A stretch of DNA of 58,366 nt from a virus, in IMG/VR virus record IMGVR_UViG_3300029288_006769, positions 1 through 58,366 of that record. One strand, written 5' to 3'. Every line of letters starts with the position of its first letter. Positions within the stretch are counted from its first letter, which is position 1. Of the stretch, positions 28,053 to 37,167 are shown in pieces. The notes under the pieces were generated by a model. The model saw only the letters and a program-made list of their open reading frames with translations, was not told the origin of the DNA and made no database searches. A program made the position numbers and the translations under genes.

Positions 28053-28931
28053 TTAGTTCGCCAGTGCAACCGCCGTTTTCCAGGCTTCCTCTTTCAGGTA
28101 ACTGGCGCCCAGCACGCTGTTTGCCAGCCGTGTTTCTGCATCCGCACTCCGGTAATGATCAATCCACTCGATATAACCGTTGTACAAGTCGTACAACGTC
28201 CCCTGCCCGGTGCCCTTACCGGCTTCGTAAAGTTCGGTCACCTTGTTTATCAGGTTTTTCTGGCGGGTCCCGCCCTCTGCACCGCTGAAGCATTCCTTGA
28301 TGAATTTGTCAACCATGGCCGCATCGCACACCACCTGTGCAAGCACCTTGCACTGTGCTTCGAACTTGTCGAAGTAAGCGGTGCCCTGGGCAAGTATCCG
28401 CATGGCTTCACCGGCTTTGACTTCGCCGTTTTTGGTATGATGCACTTTGCATTTATTTTCGTTCGCCCAGCCCATCAGGCCGTTCTTGCATACCTGACGC
28501 CAGACGCGGTAGATCGCCGTGAAGGGATAGGAACCGTCGAAGGTGTTGATCAGCTGAATTTTACGGAATGTTTCGTCGCCCTTGCGTATTTCAACCGGGC
28601 TCCCCACCGTGGCTTCCAGGATGAGTTTGCGCCCGCCGTCGATCACGTATGCACTGGTGTACTTGGCGTTGTTCTGCTGACATGCGGTATCGAACCAGGC
28701 ATATGCAAAGGAGTTCTGCAAGGGAGTATACCGATCTCCCACTAGCCCGATGATTGCGTGATTGTCGCTCCGCACCACGGCTTTGTTGTCCGGGATTTTG
28801 ATACCTGCAGGTATGTCGCCGGCACCGAGAGTCTGTATGGGCACCAGTTCGGCGCGCCATTTTGATTCGCTCTTATCGAGCGCTTCTTCTGCGGTTGTAA
28901 CTCCGCCAAGGTCATAAAACGTTGCTTTCAT
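28053..28931 (-). CDS. DUF932 family (phage/plasmid-related) protein
   Basis: LINTFDGSYPFTA matches the NS(H/F)DGS signature region of DUF932/TIGR03299. The length is ~290 aa. A motif variant, CAATATCGTGTG, is upstream. Confidence 0.45.
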   Translation of the reverse strand: MKATFYDLGGVTTAEEALDKSESKWRAELVPIQTLGAGDIPAGIKIPDNKAVVRSDNHAIIGLVGDRYTPLQNSFAYAWFDTACQQNNAKYTSAYVIDGGRKLILEATVGSPVEIRKGDETFRKIQLINTFDGSYPFTAIYRVWRQVCKNGLMGWANENKCKVHHTKNGEVKAGEAMRILAQGTAYFDKFEAQCKVLAQVVCDAAMVDKFIKECFSGAEGGTRQKNLINKVTELYEAGKGTGQGTLYDLYNGYIEWIDHYRSADAETRLANSVLGASYLKEEAWKTAVALAN

Positions 28932-28987
28932 AACTCTGCTCCTTGGTTAAGGGTTTTGTTGGTTACAAAAGCAATATCGTGTGTTTC

Positions 28988-29329
28988 TCACCGTTTTGCC
29001 AAAACTGCTGCAACTTTATGGTGCAACGCCAACATACCCCGTATATCCTTAGCTGTCAGTCTGTGTGCAAACGGGTATTGATAAGCATCACCGAGTGGCA
29101 GGTGTATTAGTACTACCGGGGCTAAACTTACAATTATGTAGCGGGCATCTCCGTCAGCCACGCCAAAACTGATTTCTTCTCCGGCTTCGGGCCATTTACC
29201 ATGCTCCTTTGCCCAGGCTTTCACCTGCTCAACAAAAGCATGTTCTCGTATTACGTTCTCTTCTCTGGGCAACTTATGGTCCCATTTGGGAGCCTCGATA
29301 CCTTTTGGTGGGTCATATACTTTCCCCAT
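28988..29329 (-). CDS. hypothetical protein
   Basis: Track ORF with motif after 29329. Confidence 0.5.
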   Translation of the reverse strand: MGKVYDPPKGIEAPKWDHKLPREENVIREHAFVEQVKAWAKEHGKWPEAGEEISFGVADGDARYIIVSLAPVVLIHLPLGDAYQYPFAHRLTAKDIRGMLALHHKVAAVLAKR

Positions 29330-29391
29330 TATCCCTCCTTGTTATTTGCTATATCGCGTGCTGCTCATGGTTCTGCCTATACCCGAACCAC

Positions 29392-29613
29392 TCATAATCG
29401 CAAACAAGAGACTCGCACAAAATTCCTGCCTGTCTCGTACGCTCTTACTGGCTTGCCACATTTCGGGCAAATTTTGGGTGGCTCTAACTGGTCAGGCCAT
29501 GTTACATAGCGACAAGAGCTACAAATTAGCTGGTGGTCAACATGCCCACCATACGCCTTCTTGTCATATTCAAAAAGTTTACCACCACATTTCGGGCAAA
29601 TCAAGTCGCTCAT
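29392..29613 (-). CDS. zinc-ribbon protein
   Basis: CPKCGGK...CSSC...CPKCGKP provides two CxxC pairs. An ATGA overlap links it to the upstream gene. Confidence 0.45.
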   Translation of the reverse strand: MSDLICPKCGGKLFEYDKKAYGGHVDHQLICSSCRYVTWPDQLEPPKICPKCGKPVRAYETGRNFVRVSCLRL

Positions 29614-29843
29614 AATGCTTCTCCAGCTGCTTGTTCGGCATTTGACATGTCAGCCAAATGTTTGCCACGCTCAATAAAAAAACGTACTTGATCCCTGTAC
29701 TTCTTGGGTATTGTGTCCCAAGTCTCTCGGATCCGCACCACTTCTTCGACTTTGTCAGTCCAGTGCGTAAATTCGTCAGCCTCATGTATGGGTAATCCCC
29801 AACTATTCTTGGGCTGATAATCGTCTTCTTTTTTCCGTTTCAT
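29610..29843 (-). CDS. hypothetical basic protein (77 aa)
   Basis: Internal start MKRKKEDDY is supported by an ATGA overlap. Confidence 0.4.
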   Translation of the reverse strand: MKRKKEDDYQPKNSWGLPIHEADEFTHWTDKVEEVVRIRETWDTIPKKYRDQVRFFIERGKHLADMSNAEQAAGEAL

Positions 29844-30202
29844 TTTTCGTACTCCGGCTTCCACATTACAAAGTTCAAGTACTGCTGCTCAGTCCACTCG
29901 TACTCAATATCATTGCCGAAAGTCAACTGGTACTGTACAGCTTCAACAAGCGTATCATGCACTGCTTTTGTATAGGTTATCCCATACCTTGGTATGTTTT
30001 CACGCAGCCCGCTCGCCAAACTACAATTTATAAGGTATAGGATTTTATGGTTAGGCATGTCGAGCAAAGCGACGATCATGTTAGCCACTTTATGTGCCAA
30101 CTCAATCATTACCTGTGGTATTGCTTCAGGGTGCTCAAGGTCAATCCCACACCCAGCCAAAAAAACCTCGCACAACCGGCTACGTTCATTTTGCGTGTTC
30201 AT
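29840..30202 (-). CDS. hypothetical protein (first of a three-gene coupled operon)
   Basis: Motif after 30202. Its TGA overlaps the next ATG. Confidence 0.5.
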   Translation of the reverse strand: MNTQNERSRLCEVFLAGCGIDLEHPEAIPQVMIELAHKVANMIVALLDMPNHKILYLINCSLASGLRENIPRYGITYTKAVHDTLVEAVQYQLTFGNDIEYEWTEQQYLNFVMWKPEYEK

Positions 30203-30296
30203 ACTCTCTCCTTTATTACTCTAACCATATCGTGCGCTCAAAACAAAAAAGCCAAGGTTACCCCTGGCTCATTTTATACTTGTTAGTTCTTTATTT

Positions 30297-31211
30297 CTAA
30301 AAGTGTCGTTTAAATTCTTTTGCATTGTTTAAACCAACCAAGTAATCTTGAGCAGCTTTAAGCGTCAAGCTATGCGTACCCTGGAAACTCACATACCGTA
30401 TTTCAACTTTGTTACCCTTGTGCGTTGCACTGGCGCCAAATAACGGCTGGTGCTCTCCTTGTTGCTTATTCCAGGGTGTCGCTTCCCATGTTCTCAAGTG
30501 TCCGTTTATTGCGTCAGCAACTTCCATAGCACACATCCCGTATACATCCTTAGTCACACGTGCTTTCGGCTTGTACCCGGTCACTACTGGTGCTGCACTC
30601 TTGTCTGCAAGTAAATTGCTTGCTTCACCTACCGGCAACAACTTAACCAGGGTACTCTCATCCACGTTCAACCCGTGCTGAGTCTGCAAAAATACTCCCA
30701 GTTGGCAAGCAACCTGTGTTTGCATTGTGCCCAGTTCCTCTTCAGCCTGCTGCACAACGAAATCGTCATTCTCGCCAAAATGGCTCAATATGGTATCAGC
30801 CTGCGACAAAAAGTCTTCCAGTTTCCTCTTACCAGCACTCCCACCAGCCACAGCCTCGTACAAATCTTTCTTCAAGTCGGCTATCCTGCTGCGCAGCTCC
30901 TGGCGGCTATCTCCCAAGCGCTCTTTCATCCGGCTCCGCACCGTTTTAGGCCGCTCAACTTGCTCCGTTATTATTTGGCCATCAAGCCCACGGTAACGCT
31001 CCAGGGTACAGGGCACCTCGCCATTGTACATAAGTGTACGGGTCATCTGCTCAAAAGTGAGCGCCACCCTTGCCACCAGCCTGCCATCAGGGTCTTTTAT
31101 TTCCATGCTTACGTAGTGGTGCTGGGGTACCATTGCTCCATTGAGCCAGCTACCACTGCTGCTGGTCATGGTCATACACACTGTGCTTGTTTCTTTGCCT
31201 TCCAATTTCAT
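30297..31211 (-). CDS. hypothetical protein (304 aa)
   Basis: Track ORF with an ATGA overlap to the upstream gene. Confidence 0.5.
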   Translation of the reverse strand: MKLEGKETSTVCMTMTSSSGSWLNGAMVPQHHYVSMEIKDPDGRLVARVALTFEQMTRTLMYNGEVPCTLERYRGLDGQIITEQVERPKTVRSRMKERLGDSRQELRSRIADLKKDLYEAVAGGSAGKRKLEDFLSQADTILSHFGENDDFVVQQAEEELGTMQTQVACQLGVFLQTQHGLNVDESTLVKLLPVGEASNLLADKSAAPVVTGYKPKARVTKDVYGMCAMEVADAINGHLRTWEATPWNKQQGEHQPLFGASATHKGNKVEIRYVSFQGTHSLTLKAAQDYLVGLNNAKEFKRHF

Positions 31212-31486
31212 ATTAGGTCCCTCTCTCCCTGTTCGTAAATACGAAAATCAGTTTCCTCTCGTGCAATTTCATCAAGCGTAGTTTCGAGCTGCTTAAGCAT
31301 TTGTTCAGCCGCTCGCTTGTCAGCAGCTATACGCATACACTTGTCGTATCGTTCACTGGGCATACACGGCCTGCACGTATCAAACTGGCATGTTTCAAAC
31401 GTAAGTATGTCAATTTGAGTAATTTCGGGCAGTGCCTCAGCCGCCTGCTGCGCTCTCATTTCGCGTTCGTTGCTGTCATCCCACAT
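31208..31486 (-). CDS. hypothetical acidic protein
   Basis: Motif after 31486. It is coupled to the downstream 304-aa gene. Confidence 0.5.
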   Translation of the reverse strand: MWDDSNEREMRAQQAAEALPEITQIDILTFETCQFDTCRPCMPSERYDKCMRIAADKRAAEQMLKQLETTLDEIAREETDFRIYEQGERDLI

Positions 31487-31655
31487 AACAACTCCTTGTT
31501 AGTTGCTATATCGTGTGAAGCCAGGCTCCTTACCAGGTCATGTTCTTAAACACCTGGCGGTGCTTGCCAAAACCGAAATCCAAATAAACCACGCACTTGG
31601 GCTGCATCTTAAAAAACTTACGTACCTGTGCCATAACTTGCTCCTTGTTTAGGTG

Positions 31656-32744
31656 TTACTTGCCACATATTTTCTTTATATCAGGTTCGGGCACCCATAT
31701 GCCCTGGTATTTTGTCAACTCTCCATTGCACTTAAATAATAACTCTCCAGCTCCTTTAAGGCGCTCAGCCCCCGGCTCATCAAGTATTATGCGACTATCT
31801 TGTCTGCTCTCTACTCTAAAAGCCACCCTTGCTGGCATGTTAGCCTTTATCAAACCTGTCATTATTTCGACTACCGGGCGCTGTGTTGCCATTACAATAT
31901 GCATACCAGCAGCCCTTGCCAACTGTGCCAACCGAGTTATTTTATCACTTATTGTCTTGTCTTCGCTCTGCATCATCAAGTCAGCCACCTCATCAATTAC
32001 CAAAACTATATATGGTAACTTTGTTTTGGCTACTTGGTTATATGCATCAAGAGATTTAACGTCGTGCCTTGCAAGCAACTCATACCGGCTCTCCATTTCG
32101 TCTACCAAACTACTAAGCAAACCGCTTGCTTGGTCAAGTTTAGTAGCTATAGGTGCATACAAGTGCGGTACGCTCCGGTACAAAGCAAACTCAACCCGTT
32201 TTGGGTCAACCAATGCGAGTTGCACTTGCTCCGGCTGTAATTTATACAACAAACTCAGTATAGCAACGTTCAAGAAAACAGATTTACCCGAGCCAGTAGT
32301 ACCGGCTACCAATAAATGGGGCATACGGCTCAAATCAATTACCTTGTTTGCGCTCAATACTACTGGCAACCGCTCATTTGCTATATGATTAAAGGTTGTT
32401 ATGCCCGTAAAATCAAGTGGAGTGGCATTAACTACAGGAGTGCTAACGTCTGGTGTAGTTGATGCCACTAAATCTGCAGGAAACATTATCAAATACTTGC
32501 TCACTTCAAAATCAATCTCTCCTATATATTTAAGGTCGCGCTCAATTTTATCAAGCTTACTCGCTATCATCCCTACGTTCACACGTTTTATGCGCTCTAC
32601 CTCGTCCTCCACCTCACTATAATGTAACCTGGCCTGCATTTGCCTTATGTCTAACGGGCTCGCGCCGCACCCTACCATGCTACTCAACGTTTTACACAAC
32701 GCCCGGTCAACTTTCAAAGTTTCCAATATCTCCTTAAGATTCAT
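31656..32744 (-). CDS. FtsK/SpoIIIE-family DNA-translocase-like ATPase
   Basis: Walker A LLVAGTTGSGKS, Walker B IVLVIDEVADL, then MHIVMATQRP and NMPARVAFRVESRQDSRIIL. The motif follows 32744. Confidence 0.7.
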   Translation of the reverse strand: MNLKEILETLKVDRALCKTLSSMVGCGASPLDIRQMQARLHYSEVEDEVERIKRVNVGMIASKLDKIERDLKYIGEIDFEVSKYLIMFPADLVASTTPDVSTPVVNATPLDFTGITTFNHIANERLPVVLSANKVIDLSRMPHLLVAGTTGSGKSVFLNVAILSLLYKLQPEQVQLALVDPKRVEFALYRSVPHLYAPIATKLDQASGLLSSLVDEMESRYELLARHDVKSLDAYNQVAKTKLPYIVLVIDEVADLMMQSEDKTISDKITRLAQLARAAGMHIVMATQRPVVEIMTGLIKANMPARVAFRVESRQDSRIILDEPGAERLKGAGELLFKCNGELTKYQGIWVPEPDIKKICGK

Positions 32745-33194
32745 AGTCGCTCCACATGGGTTATTGGTTTACGTAGCGTTATATCGTGCGCTTTTCCTTA
32801 ACTAACCAAAACATACATGCTAAATACTCGCCAGGGTACTATACCCATGTTTACCCTATACACTATATCGTGTGCTATATTGCTGGCAGCCACAACACAC
32901 CCGCCAAAAATTGTACCCTGCCAAAACTATAACAAAACAGTTAAACAGCGCGCACAAGCAGCCAAATAACAACTCTAACACACTAAAAGCTATCTAGCGT
33001 TGTAGCGCTATCACCACATGAATTACAAGATTTAGAGCAACCTACTTGTGGAATTTACTAACATATTTACTAGCATAAAAGGTAGGAATATAGCACAACA
33101 TATAACTCATACAAAAAGAGCGGAGCAAACCGTGGTAGCACTCCATAAGTTCACCCCGCCCAGTATTGCATAAGAGTTACGAAAGGAGAAGCTC

Positions 33195-33611
33195 TTACGC
33201 AAAATATTTGGTTACCAACTCGTTCAACTCGTCCTGGCTGGTCACTTTCCCCAGCATACGCGTTTTCCCCAGGTGGTTCTTCTTCGCTTCTTCCTCGCTT
33301 ACTGCTTTAAAACCCTTCAACCCGGTTACCTTATGGGTCAAACCCACACTGGCTCCACGTACCCACATACGTTTCTCTCCGGCTTCTGCCGTAATTACGT
33401 ACTTGGTCTCATTCACGGTCACGCCCTTGGTTGCCTTAATTTTCAAAGGCTCCTTCTTCACACGCGGCTGCTTTGCCTTCTTGTCCTTGTCTACCGGCTT
33501 AGTCTGCTTGGGTTCCGGTTTTTTCCCTGTTGCGGCTTTCTTCGCCATTTCGTCTTCTCCTCCTACCGGCTGCGTATCTCCCGCCTCCGGAATCGTTCCT
33601 GTATCGCCCAT
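33195..33611 (-). CDS. Lys-rich hypothetical protein (possible nucleic-acid binding)
   Basis: Track ORF. The motif AATTTATATCGTGCACTC lies upstream. Confidence 0.45.
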   Translation of the reverse strand: MGDTGTIPEAGDTQPVGGEDEMAKKAATGKKPEPKQTKPVDKDKKAKQPRVKKEPLKIKATKGVTVNETKYVITAEAGEKRMWVRGASVGLTHKVTGLKGFKAVSEEEAKKNHLGKTRMLGKVTSQDELNELVTKYFA

Positions 33612-33702
33612 ATCGTCAACTCCTTCTAGAAAATCAGTTGAACTAGCATCTACAGCATAAATTTATATCGTGCACTCAATATTATGTCTTTTATTTTACA
33701 GT

Positions 33703-33933
33703 TTACCCAGCAAATCTATGTGCAGCCTCTATCTCTTCTCTGCTCAATATACTCTCTTCCTTATAAACTATAACTACCGGCGCTCTATCCTCCTCCAACC
33801 CAGTATTATAAGCAACACACTCTACTACATGCAATGCCTTCTCAAAGCGCTCCTGATATAGCCGCGCCTCTTCTCTCCCAAACTCCTTATTCACCGCAAG
33901 CAGCTCCCTCAATTTTTTCGTTTCTATCAGCAT
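33703..33933 (-). CDS. hypothetical small protein
   Basis: Track ORF coupled to the upstream gene. Confidence 0.4.
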   Translation of the reverse strand: MLIETKKLRELLAVNKEFGREEARLYQERFEKALHVVECVAYNTGLEEDRAPVVIVYKEESILSREEIEAAHRFAG

Positions 33934-33935
33934 AA

Positions 33936-34148
33936 CTATTCCTCCTGCTGCTCACACACGTGCGCAACAAACTTGTCCAAATTTATCTCTTCGTTCAACT
34001 TATCTTCATTCCCTCTATACTTACACCCTTTACACTTTTTATCAGCTCCCGGCTCCTTACAAAACGAAAGCCGAAAGATAATATTCGTGGCAAACAAACC
34101 ACAACGATACTCCTTCTCCCACCTACGCTTTCTTTTCATACTACTCAT
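33936..34148 (-). CDS. Cys-rich basic small protein (71 aa), leaderless candidate
   Basis: Internal start MSSMKRKRRW. The promoter core CGATAT runs directly into ATG with no SD. Confidence 0.35.
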   Translation of the reverse strand: MSSMKRKRRWEKEYRCGLFATNIIFRLSFCKEPGADKKCKGCKYRGNEDKLNEEINLDKFVAHVCEQQEE

Positions 34149-34439
34149 ATCGCCCGAACATCTATTACATTGCCAACACAGAACGACACCTAGCAGACGC
34201 ACGCGCCTGCACGCGCTACGCGCGTACGCGAAGCTCTCGAGTTTTTCAAACTTGCTCGATATGCCCGAGCCACAACCAACAAAAAACAAGCAACAAAAAA
34301 ACTCCCTCAACAACCAGCCACATGCCCGACACACCCGAGCAAACTTGCATAACTATTTACCAGTGCACTTGAATGCGCATATACGCGCTTGCAATTCTCA
34401 TATACATTATGCGTTCTAGAACACGTTTATAGGGTTATA

Positions 34440-34582
34440 GGAACTGAACAGCAAAAACAGGGCCCTAGTTTCTTATAGCTGTTCAGTCTTATAGCCGTTC
34501 AGCATAGCTGCTCAAGCTGTTCTCTTAGCGGGTTCTGTTTAGCTGCTCTCGTTCTTTAAGCTGTTTAAAGCCGTTTTAGGTC
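34440..34582. promoter_or_regulatory. divergent control region with inverted and direct iteron-like repeats; candidate origin/early promoter hub
   Basis: GAACTGAACAGC and AGCTGTTCAGTC form an inverted pair. Six to seven degenerate direct copies of TAGCTGTTCAG follow. The region lies between the minus-strand array and the plus-strand block, exactly where the strand compositional bias flips. Confidence 0.45.
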
Positions 34583-34717
34583 TTGTATAGTTGTTCTACC
34601 ATGTTTTGTAGTGAGTTTGTTGTTTCCTTTTTTGTTTGTTTGGATGTCGTGTGTTTTTTTTTAGATTGCCATGTTTTTATAGTTTATAATTTCTTGTTGT
34701 TGAATGGGGGGTTTTGT

Positions 34718-35551
34718 ATGTTTGAGCGTAGGGAGTTTCGTGTTGGTTGGTTGCGGGCGTGGTGGGTGTGGTGTAGGGAGGTAGATCGAGTTAGTAGGTG
34801 GAGGGAAGTTGTAGTTATAAAGCGTAGGCTTGAGTGTGAGTTGGTAGAGCGGGCGTTTGTGCGTATGAATAGGGTTGGTTGGACGGCGATGTTGGGTTGT
34901 GATGATTATGACCGGTGTGTTGAGTTGGGCGTGAGTTTGAATGTGGCTGGGGTGCATTTGGTGCGGGATGGTAGTGTGGGGCGTGGTTGTACGTGGTGGG
35001 AGGCGCCGGTGGTGGTTAGGGAAGCAGCTGGTTTGGAGCCCTTGTATGGGCATGTGGGTAGTAGAGCTGTAGGTGTTACAGGTATGCAGGGTGTGACTGG
35101 CGCGGGAGGGTTGTGGGATAACCGTAATAATGACGTTTGGTATGAGCCTACATTACGTGGTACTGGTTTTGGGGATATAGTTGAGCCTGTTGCAATAGGT
35201 GACGTTAGTTATGCTGATTATTTTGGTGGTAGGCCGGTGGAGGTGCAGGTAAGTTTTGACGTGGTTAAGAATAAGCAGTTAGTGGAGCAGGGCCCTAAGG
35301 TTAATAGGCGTATGGGTTGGGTGGTAAATGAGCGTATAGAGCAGCAGCCCAAGCCTGAGCAGCCAGTAATGGGACAGCATATAGAGCAGCCGGGGTGTGT
35401 GCATACAAAGCCCGTTGTAGTGGCACACCCGTTGGTGAGCGACCCGGCTGCAAGGGTTAGGGCCCGTTGGGCTGAGTTATTGCGGTTAGCAGACGCAACA
35501 CATAATGAAAACGAGCGTACTGGTGATGATACCCGTGAGCAGGGTGCATAG
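34718..35551 (+). CDS. hypothetical protein encoded by an extremely C-poor reading frame
   Basis: A ~280-codon open frame in DNA with ~6-10% C. Stop codons need no C, so chance ORFs should be ~9 codons. The likely start is MFERREF; the track ORF's upstream F/V/C-rich 45 aa are probably leader. Confidence 0.45.
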   Translation: MFERREFRVGWLRAWWVWCREVDRVSRWREVVVIKRRLECELVERAFVRMNRVGWTAMLGCDDYDRCVELGVSLNVAGVHLVRDGSVGRGCTWWEAPVVVREAAGLEPLYGHVGSRAVGVTGMQGVTGAGGLWDNRNNDVWYEPTLRGTGFGDIVEPVAIGDVSYADYFGGRPVEVQVSFDVVKNKQLVEQGPKVNRRMGWVVNERIEQQPKPEQPVMGQHIEQPGCVHTKPVVVAHPLVSDPAARVRARWAELLRLADATHNENERTGDDTREQGA

Positions 35552-35907
35552 AGGGTGATATATAGATAGTTGGGTATGAGCCGTGAGGAGGAGTTATGTT
35601 GTGGGAGAGCTTGAAGCGTTATTATTTGTAGTTGATTTGCACTATACAGAGCATGCCGTTGATAAGCTTGTAGATAAGCTTGACTTGACAAATTACGCTA
35701 TGGTGCGTATGAAGGAGGAGGGTGGATATGCGCAGGTTTAAATAGTGCAAGCTGCTGGCCATAACCCTGAGTTTTATGTAGTAGAGTATAGAGTGTGGTT
35801 TTTGTTGTAGTTGTGGTAAAAATAGTATACCAATAGATATAACCATAGTAAGCAGCTTGAAGTAGTGGGTAATATGTATGATAACCCAGAGTTGAGGGAG
35901 CAGGTAG

Positions 35908-36102
35908 TTGGGAAAGAGTAGTGAACCAATTAGAATGTGGACAGTTTTAAGTGATTGTGCAATATGCCATATTACCGTGCCGGGGGCGCCTTATTTGAGT
36001 ACTGATATTAGGTATACGCTTGACGAATATAAACGCATAATGGAGTATGAGTTACGCCAGCAGAAACGGAAGCGGCGAGCACATAGCACACATTTTAAAT
36101 AA
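35908..36102 (+). CDS. hypothetical small basic protein
   Basis: Track ORF with SD GGGAGCAGG. Confidence 0.35.
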   Translation: MGKSSEPIRMWTVLSDCAICHITVPGAPYLSTDIRYTLDEYKRIMEYELRQQKRKRRAHSTHFK

Positions 36103-36111
36103 GGAGTTTTT

Positions 36112-36267
36112 ATGCAGTTTGGTTGCGGGCATAGCATAGTAAAGTGTAAGGCATGTGGTAAGGTGATAAGCCAGTGCCGGTGTTTGAATGCAAATAAGCC
36201 GGTGGTGTGGAGCGTGTGCGACAAATGTAAGGCTGGTGTTGACCCTAAGCAAGAGGTAAGGGGATGA
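36112..36267 (+). CDS. zinc-ribbon micro-protein (51 aa)
   Basis: MQFGCGHSIVKCKACGK...CDKCKAG with SD AAGGAG. It is not in the ORF track. Confidence 0.35.
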   Translation: MQFGCGHSIVKCKACGKVISQCRCLNANKPVVWSVCDKCKAGVDPKQEVRG

Positions 36268-36270
36268 GCT

Positions 36271-36549
36271 GTGTGCGTGATAACAAGAAAAGCAGATGAC
36301 GTAGTGGTGAGCATTAGTTTGATACCTGGGTTAGCCAGACTGATGAATGATAGATTACAGGGTGGGCAGTATGTGTTGTTTTGCGAAGATTGTGCCCGTA
36401 AAGCTGGATTAGAGAGCAGTTTTGAAAATAGTATTATAGGCGTGATAGCAGGACAGGGCGTGTGTTGTCAGGGTTGTGATAGGGATATAGGTGGTAGAGA
36501 TGTTTATTTGCCCGATAAGCGTTTGAAATTTAAGTGGATAGCAAAATAA
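36271..36549 (+). CDS. small protein, member 1 of the C-terminal KFKW(L/I)A family
   Basis: It ends ...DKRLKFKWIAK. Its non-ATG start is inferred from the track. Confidence 0.45.
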   Translation: MCVITRKADDVVVSISLIPGLARLMNDRLQGGQYVLFCEDCARKAGLESSFENSIIGVIAGQGVCCQGCDRDIGGRDVYLPDKRLKFKWIAK

Positions 36550-37167
36550 ATGTTGAGTGAACGTTGTAAGTATTGTGTGCATAGAGATGATAATGAGAGG
36601 GTTTCACACTGGCAACAAAATTTTAGTTGTATAAAGTGTGCTGGTTTGAGCAGCTTGGTTTTTTTTAAGTTGGATAGAACACAGATTAATAAAACGGTAG
36701 TTGAAAAACCAAGGCCAAGTGCTGCTGGACGGTTCAAGTTTGTGTTTAAGGATATGTATGATGAGAAGAAGCAAGACGATAACCGTAAGCAGTACGTACA
36801 GGATTTAGTAAACAAGTTAGCTGCTCTACATCGTAGCCAGTTGACACGGTTTGTAGGTTTGTTAGAGCGCATAAAAGAGTTTAAGGATGTGGAGCCGTGG
36901 CAGTGGGTGTGGTATGACTGTGATAACCCGATAACATGGCCAGAGCTCGGTGTGCCCGTGCTTGTTATGGTAGGGCAAGCTTATAACCGGTATTATATGG
37001 TTTTAGAGCGCAGGGTGTTAGAGCGTAATGGGAGTGTGGATAAGTGTTGCTGGTTTATGCATGTTGAAAATTGGTTTTTGCGTGACGATATGAACGTGGT
37101 GTGTTGGTGTTTAATAGGCCCACCGCCCGTATTACCTGCACCAGTGCCGACAGCGATACCTATATGA
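36550..37167 (+). CDS. hypothetical protein
   Basis: 205-aa track ORF whose ATG abuts the preceding TAA. Confidence 0.45.
   Translation: MLSERCKYCVHRDDNERVSHWQQNFSCIKCAGLSSLVFFKLDRTQINKTVVEKPRPSAAGRFKFVFKDMYDEKKQDDNRKQYVQDLVNKLAALHRSQLTRFVGLLERIKEFKDVEPWQWVWYDCDNPITWPELGVPVLVMVGQAYNRYYMVLERRVLERNGSVDKCCWFMHVENWFLRDDMNVVCWCLIGPPPVLPAPVPTAIPI

Larger units (their letters stand above)
12800..34200 (-). repeat. dispersed array of at least 45 copies of a conserved promoter/leader element preceding minus-strand genes
   Basis: Consensus on the coding strand: cnCACGATATAGnTA-n5-9-AACAAGGAGAG-n4-8-ATG. On the plus strand it appears as CAT-n-CTCTCCTTGTT-n-TAnCTATATCGTGnG immediately after each gene start. 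Confidence 0.85.

Noticed and set aside
28053-28931. Is the 292-aa protein next to the rIIA-like gene rIIB?
   Set aside because: Its NTFDGSYPF block points to DUF932 instead. The rIIB-like motifs are in the 361-aa gene 23076..24161.
12800-34200. Could the ~45 dispersed copies of the conserved ~28-nt element be a CRISPR array or a MITE family?
   Set aside because: Spacing is 200-2200 bp and equals gene length. Every copy sits at a fixed distance upstream of an ATG and includes the SD. There is no repeat-spacer regularity and there are no terminal inverted repeats. It is a promoter/leader element.
34583-34717. N-terminal 45 aa (MYSCSTMFCSEFVVSFFVCLDVVCFF...) of track ORF 34583..35551
   Set aside because: This is a poly-F/V/C translation of the G/T-rich leader that begins with a non-ATG codon. 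The gene more likely starts at the ATG at 34718 (MFERREF).
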